24,443 nucleotides of DNA from Sulfurospirillum sp. (GTDB lineage: Bacteria; Campylobacterota; Campylobacteria; Campylobacterales; Sulfurospirillaceae). Of this stretch, positions 17,894-24,443 are shown one piece after another. The position numbers and the translations under genes were made by a program. Every line of letters begins with the position of its first letter. The stretch's first letter is position 1. The notes beneath the pieces were generated by a model, which saw only the letters and a list, made by a program, of their open reading frames with translations, made no database searches and was not told where the DNA came from. The stretch covers positions 1-24,443 of the forward strand of contig JASFYR010000026.1 of the NCBI GenBank assembly GCA_045047115.1. Direction: 5' to 3'.

Positions 17894-17896
17894 CTT

Positions 17897-18808
17897 CTAC
17901 TCCTTAGAATTTTTTAGATAGTGAAATATAGCTATCTCACCGAAAAATGGTCCAAAAAAATTGATAATCGGGATAAAATTAAATAAAGCAGATGCAAAAC
18001 TTATAGTCCATATGGCTCCATTTTCTTTTTTTAATTTATCCGTATCAAAATTTTCAAACAACGATGTACCTACATCATAACCAAAGGTATTTTTAACCAA
18101 ATATACCCATAACCCAAGCTGAACAACCCAATTTAGAAAAGGAATAAAAAATAGAGGAAAAAGCACAATAGAAGCTACGACAAATATAAAAGTATCTCTT
18201 ATACTGTATCTGATTATGCCAAACTCTTTATCATACATCACCTCGTCATCAAAATGTTCTTTATTTATGCTCTTAAGTACTTTTTGACTTAAAACAGTTG
18301 TTATAAAAAACATGGAAATTACAATCAAATTATAGATCATCAAACAAGCCATCAAATATGCCATTCCTTTATCCAGCGTCTCAAAAGGGAGCCAATTTAT
18401 AAGTTTTAAAAATTGGGCATGAAGATAATCTCCTTTAAAAAGCCAAACTATTGCCCAAAAAACAACACTGCTTGCAATAATCAGGATATAAAAATAACTA
18501 TACTTTTCTTTAGAAATTTTCCTAGAAAAAATAGTACCAAAAAACACCACTACTAATGCAAATGTTATTAAAACAACCTGCATCCACACAAAAACAGATA
18601 AAATCTGGGCTCCATTTGAGCGAACCATAGAAAATGGTACAAGCTCCAACAAATAACCAGAGATTGAAACGATAGGATTCCAAAAGAAGAATCCTACAAT
18701 TATCCAAAAAAGTGTTACGATAAGACCGGCAACAAAAGCCAGTCTTACTCTCTTCCACTCTAAAATCTCCCTAAGCCCAAAGGCAATAGATTCAAAAAGA
18801 TCTAACAC
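17897..18808 (-). CDS. EI24/CysZ-like membrane protein
   Basis: Multi-TM protein with PLFFIPFLN and FNFIPIINFFGPFF motifs typical of EI24/CysZ. GTG start with AAGGAG RBS. Confidence 0.75.
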   Translation of the reverse strand: MLDLFESIAFGLREILEWKRVRLAFVAGLIVTLFWIIVGFFFWNPIVSISGYLLELVPFSMVRSNGAQILSVFVWMQVVLITFALVVVFFGTIFSRKISKEKYSYFYILIIASSVVFWAIVWLFKGDYLHAQFLKLINWLPFETLDKGMAYLMACLMIYNLIVISMFFITTVLSQKVLKSINKEHFDDEVMYDKEFGIIRYSIRDTFIFVVASIVLFPLFFIPFLNWVVQLGLWVYLVKNTFGYDVGTSLFENFDTDKLKKENGAIWTISFASALFNFIPIINFFGPFFGEIAIFHYLKNSKE

Positions 18809-18811
18809 ATC

Positions 18812-21800
18812 TTACTCCTTTTTTGACTTCTCTCCATCAAATATATAGGCATACATCGGCACATAAATAAGCGTCAAAAGTGTACCTATCAGGAGTCCGC
18901 CAATTGCCACATCTGCCAACGGACTCAATCTCTCAAGCCCAACAGCTTGCTCAAGTGCGATAGGTATCATGCCCGCAATCGTACCAAAAGCTGTCATCAT
19001 AACAGGACGAAATCTTACTGTTACACTATCAAGTGCACTTTGAAATGCACTTTCACCTTTTTGTTTATTTCTCTGGTAAAAATCTATCAGCAAAACAGCA
19101 TTCTTGATAATTATACCAAAAAGCAGTAAAATACCAAGCAGGCTAGGCAAACAACTTGGCTTATCAAAGAATAGCATCCCCCATGAAGCTCCTATTAACG
19201 ACAAAGGCAATACCAATATCATAATAAATGCCATCCTGACAGACTTATAAATTGCTATTAGACTCATAATAAGTATAACTATACCTAAACCTATCGCTTT
19301 TAACATTCTTTTAAAACTATCATTTATCTGTGCAATGTCACCTTTTTGAGTTACTACAAAAGCATCTGATTTGACACTTTTGAGTGCATCTATAGTGTCA
19401 TCTGTCAGGTGAGTAACCGGTCTTTTTGCGCGATAACCATTTACATCCAGCGAGTAGAGCATACCATCTCTCTCTATCTTGGCGTAAGTCAAGGATTTTT
19501 TGATGGTAGCTATGCTACCAAGAGGAATCTCTCCAAATTTTGTTGAAATAGGAAGCAGTTTTAGAGTTTCAAGATTTTTTGTAAATTTGTCTTTAAGGTA
19601 AATTCTTACAAACTGTGTATTCATAGACTCCAGATTTGCATTTAAGGATACAATTTGACCTTTTATTGGTATCTGCATAGCAATATTTAAAGGTGTAATT
19701 CCATATCTTAGAGCTCTGTTTCTATCAACATCTATTATATACTCTGTGAAATCCTTATCCCAGCTTGTAGAGACAGATGTCAAACCCCGTACGCTCTTCA
19801 TGGCTTTCATCACTTTTTTAGAGTATTTGCTCATACCATCAAGAGTAGAGGAGCTAATCCTGGAATCCACAGTTGCTTTTATAGAAGAGACAGCTGTTGC
19901 ACCAAAGTCATAAACATCATCTCTTTTTACACCTTGTAAGCGAGATAACTTCTCTCGGATTATATTTTCAAGTTGCCATAGTGTCTTTTTTCTTTCAAAT
20001 CTATTTACAGCATTGATAGTCATAGTTGCCTCTGTCGGCAAATTTCCACTGCCTAAACTCAAAACTCCGGGTTCACTTCCAAATGCGATAGAACTTCTGA
20101 CAAACCATGGTTGTTTTTTTAACCATTTTAAAAATGGCTTAAGTCTTTTTTCGGCTTCATCTACTGTTCCGTTTGCGCTAAAAGCAATCTGTGCCTTGAT
20201 AATCCCTGTATCCATAGGAGGCATCGCATCTCTTCCTATGGTTGGCATTACATTTTTCAAACTAAAAATTAAAAAAGCAATAACACCGATAGTCAAAACC
20301 AATCTTCTCACTATTCTCCATCCACTGTTTGAAAACTTTATAATCCCTTCATAAGGAGAGACTAATCTTCCTACTGTATTTTGATAAAACCACTCAAAGG
20401 CATTTTCTATTTTTGTTTTTTTTGTGCCATTTTTATATAGCCAGGCAGAAAGTAACGGTATAAATGTGATAGATAAAAAATAACTCACCAACAGAGCTAT
20501 AATAAGTGTTTCTATCAATGGTTTAAATATCTTCTGAGGGAATCCTCCGACAAACATCAAAGGAAAGAGTATCGCAATGGTTGCAAGTGTTCCTGCAAAT
20601 ACCGGACTCAGGACTTCTTTTGTACCATTTTTTATAGCTAACTGCAAATCTTCTTTGCTCTCAACCAAGTGCCTCTCTATATTTTCCAGAACAACTACAG
20701 CATCATCCGTGAGCATTCCAAGTGCCAATATAATAGAAGTATATATGACAATATTTAATTCTCCTCCTGTTAGCCAAATTATAGCAATGGTCGTAAAGAA
20801 TACCATAGGAATTGAGAGTCCGGCTGCTATGATAGCTCTAAAATTGCCTAAGAAAAGCATGATAACCAGCAGAGTATATATAACAGCATCCCTTAGAGAT
20901 TCGAGCATATTTGTATTTGCCTGTTCTATCAAGTCTCTTTGGGTATCGCTTATCTCAAATTTAATATTTGGGTACTTAACTTCTAGCTTCTTCATCTGGG
21001 CTCGTGCCGCCTTACTAACATCGAGCACACTTCCACCGGGTGCTCGCTGGATAGACAGAGCGATAGAGTCTTTTCCGTTTCCTATATAACCACTCGTTCT
21101 TTTTTGATATCCCCATTTGACATCTGCTACATCTTTGAGTCTTACATTTGGTTTTATCAACAAATTTTCCAGATTTAAGACATTATCTTTTTCACCATAG
21201 ATTGTTACTGTATAAAAACTGTTTTTACCTTTGATAAAACCGACTGGTATATCTTTATTTTGTGCCATAATTACTTTTGCAATATCTGCAAAGTTTACCC
21301 CATATTTTTTCGCCTTAAATGGATCTATATCTATATTTATCGCACTTTGATACCCGCCAAATACTTCCACATTTCCTATAGCTTTATCACTTAAAAGATG
21401 AGGTTTGATAAAACTATCTGCTATTTTTCTTATCTCGCCCAATGATATGGATGAGTTTTTGGGACTAAGAGCTATGACATCAACGGGTAGCGTAAAGTCG
21501 CCTGCTGTATAAATCGCCGGGTTAAGACCTGCCGGAATCTTTGCTTTTGCTATATTTAATGCATTTGCAACATCAACAGCAGCGGCATTTAGACTTTTTT
21601 TGTAACCAAATTCTGCACTGACTATAGACATATTGGCAACATTTACACTACTAACATCTGTTACAAGCCCAAGCCTTGAGAGTTCTTCTTCTATAGGTTT
21701 TGAAACAGTGCTAGCCACGACTTTTGCAGTGGCTCCAGGTACTTTTGTGATAACTACAATCTTGGCCGGATTTGCATCTGGAAAAAGATTTTTGGGCAAT

Positions 21801-21892
21801 GTAGTCAAACCAACAATTCCCATGATAAAAAACCCGACTATTAGACTATAAAGGAGATAGGGTCGTTTATAAAAATATTCAAATAACATCAT
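18812..21892 (-). CDS. RND efflux transporter permease subunit (AcrB/AcrD/AcrF family)
   Basis: 1026 aa; LPKNLFP, GMLTDDAVVVLENIER (TM4), IIKNAVLLIDF (TM10), RFRPVMMT (TM11), GGLLIGTLLTL. Confidence 0.96.
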   Translation of the reverse strand: MMLFEYFYKRPYLLYSLIVGFFIMGIVGLTTLPKNLFPDANPAKIVVITKVPGATAKVVASTVSKPIEEELSRLGLVTDVSSVNVANMSIVSAEFGYKKSLNAAAVDVANALNIAKAKIPAGLNPAIYTAGDFTLPVDVIALSPKNSSISLGEIRKIADSFIKPHLLSDKAIGNVEVFGGYQSAINIDIDPFKAKKYGVNFADIAKVIMAQNKDIPVGFIKGKNSFYTVTIYGEKDNVLNLENLLIKPNVRLKDVADVKWGYQKRTSGYIGNGKDSIALSIQRAPGGSVLDVSKAARAQMKKLEVKYPNIKFEISDTQRDLIEQANTNMLESLRDAVIYTLLVIMLFLGNFRAIIAAGLSIPMVFFTTIAIIWLTGGELNIVIYTSIILALGMLTDDAVVVLENIERHLVESKEDLQLAIKNGTKEVLSPVFAGTLATIAILFPLMFVGGFPQKIFKPLIETLIIALLVSYFLSITFIPLLSAWLYKNGTKKTKIENAFEWFYQNTVGRLVSPYEGIIKFSNSGWRIVRRLVLTIGVIAFLIFSLKNVMPTIGRDAMPPMDTGIIKAQIAFSANGTVDEAEKRLKPFLKWLKKQPWFVRSSIAFGSEPGVLSLGSGNLPTEATMTINAVNRFERKKTLWQLENIIREKLSRLQGVKRDDVYDFGATAVSSIKATVDSRISSSTLDGMSKYSKKVMKAMKSVRGLTSVSTSWDKDFTEYIIDVDRNRALRYGITPLNIAMQIPIKGQIVSLNANLESMNTQFVRIYLKDKFTKNLETLKLLPISTKFGEIPLGSIATIKKSLTYAKIERDGMLYSLDVNGYRAKRPVTHLTDDTIDALKSVKSDAFVVTQKGDIAQINDSFKRMLKAIGLGIVILIMSLIAIYKSVRMAFIMILVLPLSLIGASWGMLFFDKPSCLPSLLGILLLFGIIIKNAVLLIDFYQRNKQKGESAFQSALDSVTVRFRPVMMTAFGTIAGMIPIALEQAVGLERLSPLADVAIGGLLIGTLLTLIYVPMYAYIFDGEKSKKE

Positions 21893-21899
21893 AAATCCT

Positions 21900-22985
21900 T
21901 TAATTTATAGCTCTAACTTTTATTCCGCTAAGAAGTTTGAGTAAAATATCCTGTTTTGCAACTACAATTTTTTCATCTGGCTTTACACCTTTTACCATGA
22001 CACCTTGTTCACCATTTGCTACAATTTTTACCTCTTTTGGTACCGCTTTGTTTTCAACCAAAGTTAAAATATAACTTTTGCCATTTCTGTTCAAAATAGC
22101 ATCATGAGGAAGTTTAAATCCAACTCCATTATATATCACCACATCTATATTTACGGTTTGATTACTGGCTAAACTCTCATTTATATTTGCCAAATACTCC
22201 AAAAGACCGTTATATGTGGTATTTAAAGCACTCAACTTGTATGTTTTACTATTGTATACTATGGACTCTGCTTTTGTAAGAGCGGGTAATCTTACTAGCA
22301 AATAACTGTTTGACTTGGCACTTATACTAATCAATGGTTTTCCCATCATCGCAATGTCACCGACATTTGCCAACCTTGTAACTACTCCACTTACCGGTGC
22401 TTTTATGGTAGTGTATGAAAGCATATTGTTAATGGAAGCTTTATTTGCATTTAATTCTTTGATTTTATTTCTAAGAGTATCTATGCCTGATTTAACAGCT
22501 TCTATATTTGTCACTTCTTTGTCAAACTCCTCTTGTGAAGCGCCTTTGACACTCAAGAGTCTTTGTGTTCTTTGATGTGTTGCTTCGAGATTTTTCAAAG
22601 CTATCTGCTTGGATTTAAGTTGAGATTTTATAGAGTGGATGTTTAAGTTAAGAGATTCAAGTTGCGTTCTTAGCTCTTGATTATCAATCCGTACTATATC
22701 TTCTCCTTTTTTTACCAATTCACCGCTTTTTACTATATACTTAATTCTTGCACTTACGCGCGAACTTATCTTTACATCATCGTTACTTTTTGTAAGAGCA
22801 AGATAAGGCAATGTTAGAGTTGTTTGTTTGCTCTTTGCATTTATAATTTTTACATTCATTTTAAAAATAATAGGTAGCGGTGTTTTTGCTTCTTCGGCTC
22901 TTTTTGCTTTGATTATTTTCATACCACCTATTACTGCTGCTGCAATCAATACCAATATAATAATATATGATAAAAACTTTTTCAT
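21900..22985 (-). CDS. RND periplasmic adaptor (membrane fusion protein)
   Basis: N-terminal anchor, lipoyl half-motifs ISSRVSARI..IVKSGELVKKGE and YTTIKAPVSGVV flanking a long coiled coil. ATGA overlap with TolC. Confidence 0.93.
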   Translation of the reverse strand: MKKFLSYIIILVLIAAAVIGGMKIIKAKRAEEAKTPLPIIFKMNVKIINAKSKQTTLTLPYLALTKSNDDVKISSRVSARIKYIVKSGELVKKGEDIVRIDNQELRTQLESLNLNIHSIKSQLKSKQIALKNLEATHQRTQRLLSVKGASQEEFDKEVTNIEAVKSGIDTLRNKIKELNANKASINNMLSYTTIKAPVSGVVTRLANVGDIAMMGKPLISISAKSNSYLLVRLPALTKAESIVYNSKTYKLSALNTTYNGLLEYLANINESLASNQTVNIDVVIYNGVGFKLPHDAILNRNGKSYILTLVENKAVPKEVKIVANGEQGVMVKGVKPDEKIVVAKQDILLKLLSGIKVRAIN

Positions 22986-24256
22986 TCTACTACTCCTTTT
23001 AAATCATTTCCATAAATCACAGCAAGCTTTGCTATATCTTGCCATCTTAGAGATAGAGTTTCATAATAACTTGATTTTGCACTTAAAACTTTATCTTCAT
23101 ATACCAGATAATCCTCTTCTGTCATTCTTCCTTCATCAAATGAAACTTTTGCATATTTGAGCAAATTTTCACTTTGCTTTATATTTTTTTCTTTTAGTTT
23201 TCTTGAGAGATCTAAGAGTCTTAGCTCTTTTTGCAGTGCATTTACTTCTGCCTTGAGCTCTTGTTCGCTCTTTCTCAGTTTCATTTTACTTTTCATAATT
23301 TCAACTTCTTTAAGCTGTATATCTATATCTTCGCTTCTGTTGTATAGTGGCATAGAAACACCAAGTTGATAAAATCCGTATCCGTCATGAACACTTTTCC
23401 CATATTTAACATCATTTTGTGCATAATTTTCACTCCACATAATATTGAAAGCAATCTTAGGATAGTATCTCTTTGCTCTACTGGCTTGATAATCGCTCAT
23501 GGATGCTCTTATAACCTCTTGCAAAGGTTTTAGAGCAAAAAACTCACCTTTTTTTACATCATTTACTAACCTTAACTTTGCAGGTTTTTTTATCTCTATT
23601 CCTGTTAAGTTTTCTATGTTTGATACAAGATTTGCTTTTTTTATCTCTATGTTATTTATAGAAATATCCAATGCATTTAATTTTTCATCTATCTTATCTA
23701 TAGCAATTCCGGGCATTCTTCCGGAATTAACAGAGATTTGTATATCGCTTTTTGTCTTTTTTAGAGAATTTTGAGTAGCTTTCATACTTATCAAAAGATT
23801 ATCCAGATACTCCAAGGTGGCATTTGAGCCTAAAATCAAAGCTTCATTTTGGTAAAAATTTAACTCCTTTTTTAGTTTTGCACTTTTTGCCAGGTATTTT
23901 GCTTTTTTGCTTAAATCTCCCAACTCTTTCACAAAAAGAGGTACGCTTGCACTTATCCCTATCTTCTCAATGGTATTTGAAAATGGTAAAGGTTCGCCAG
24001 GATTAAATGTTGTCGTTGGAGACAAAGGGCGAAGATTTGTAGGACTATTATAGTGAGTATAATTTGCAAACAAATCAAGCTTTGGATAGTAGCCTGCATT
24101 TACTCTCTTTTGTGCTAATTGAGCCATTTGTGAACTTATCTCATCAATCTTAGTAGCTGGCTGTTTTTTAATCGCATCAAAAAGTTGCGTAATACTCACC
24201 GCTTGTAGATTTACAGTGATTAGCAAAAACAGAGCTATACTTATCTTTATCATCAT
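22982..24256 (-). CDS. TolC-family outer-membrane efflux protein
   Basis: Signal peptide, two OEP repeats (YYPKLDL...SVPLF; YYPKIAF...SMPLY); directly upstream of the MFP and RND genes. Confidence 0.92.
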   Translation of the reverse strand: MMIKISIALFLLITVNLQAVSITQLFDAIKKQPATKIDEISSQMAQLAQKRVNAGYYPKLDLFANYTHYNSPTNLRPLSPTTTFNPGEPLPFSNTIEKIGISASVPLFVKELGDLSKKAKYLAKSAKLKKELNFYQNEALILGSNATLEYLDNLLISMKATQNSLKKTKSDIQISVNSGRMPGIAIDKIDEKLNALDISINNIEIKKANLVSNIENLTGIEIKKPAKLRLVNDVKKGEFFALKPLQEVIRASMSDYQASRAKRYYPKIAFNIMWSENYAQNDVKYGKSVHDGYGFYQLGVSMPLYNRSEDIDIQLKEVEIMKSKMKLRKSEQELKAEVNALQKELRLLDLSRKLKEKNIKQSENLLKYAKVSFDEGRMTEEDYLVYEDKVLSAKSSYYETLSLRWQDIAKLAVIYGNDLKGVVE

Positions 24257-24441
24257 TTCTCCTTTAGCATTTTTTGAATCTTCTTAAACACATAGTGTGA
24301 AATTAAGTCAACATCACACGAAGCACAAGTATCTATACCTTCAACCTCTTGGGCATTTATCCTGATAGGCTTTGTTGTAACCATAAGGTTCAATGTCCCC
24401 AAAATCATAAAATATACAATCATCGGAATCACATCTTCAAA
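24253..24441 (-). CDS. Partial CDS (C-terminus), probably a TetR/AcrR-family regulator
   Basis: Not in the ORF track. The frame is open from the window edge: ...FEDVIPMIVYFMILGTLNLMVTTKPIRINAQEVEGIDTCASCDVDLISHYVFKKIQKMLKEK*. Its TGA overlaps the TolC ATG (ATGA). The TetR assignment rests on helical pattern and position; the HTH would lie outside the window. Confidence 0.6.
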   Translation of the reverse strand, partial: FEDVIPMIVYFMILGTLNLMVTTKPIRINAQEVEGIDTCASCDVDLISHYVFKKIQKMLKEK

Positions 24442-24443
24442 AC

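Noticed and set aside
21022..21047. Inverted repeat CGAGCAC...GTGCTCG inside the RND gene
   Set aside because: Only a 7-bp stem with a long loop in mid-CDS and no U-tract; compatible with chance.
327..24006. Short antisense and alternate-frame ORFs in the track (e.g. 1985..2371, 13881..14312, 16768..17094, 20577..21089, 22828..23160)
   Set aside because: They lie within or across well-supported genes and have no recognisable motifs; treated as shadow ORFs.
9293..24443. Mobile element or genomic island boundaries around the large cluster
   Set aside because: No integrase, transposase, tRNA or flanking direct repeat was seen, and no obvious compositional shift by eye (not computed).

Overview
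AT-rich bacterial chromosomal DNA whose genes, promoters (TATAAT-type -10 after a T-rich stretch) and AAGGA ribosome-binding sites point to Campylobacterota (Epsilonproteobacteria; Sulfurospirillum/Sulfurimonas-like, inferred). Left to right: REP-like palindromic repeats at the window edge; a lipoprotein and an EamA/DMT transporter (minus); a polar amino-acid ABC transporter (plus); a pyrC-response regulator-kinase-PilZ operon in which the PilZ gene is split by a probable 1-nt homopolymer frameshift; and an MgtC/DUF4010 membrane protein. The remaining ~15 kb is one tightly packed minus-strand cluster, in transcription order: TetR-like regulator (partial, with CxxC), TolC, MFP, RND pump, EI24/CysZ-like, HdeD, APC permease, 64-aa protein, rhodanese, TauE/SafE, Tat-exported TorA/BisC-family molybdoenzyme with an atypical active-site residue, monoheme cytochrome c, OmpR regulator and a chemoreceptor-like histidine kinase. 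The best candidate for an undescribed system is this putative sulfur-compound sensing/transformation/export cluster; its function is inference from gene families and motifs. No rRNA, tRNA, CRISPR array or transposase was recognised.
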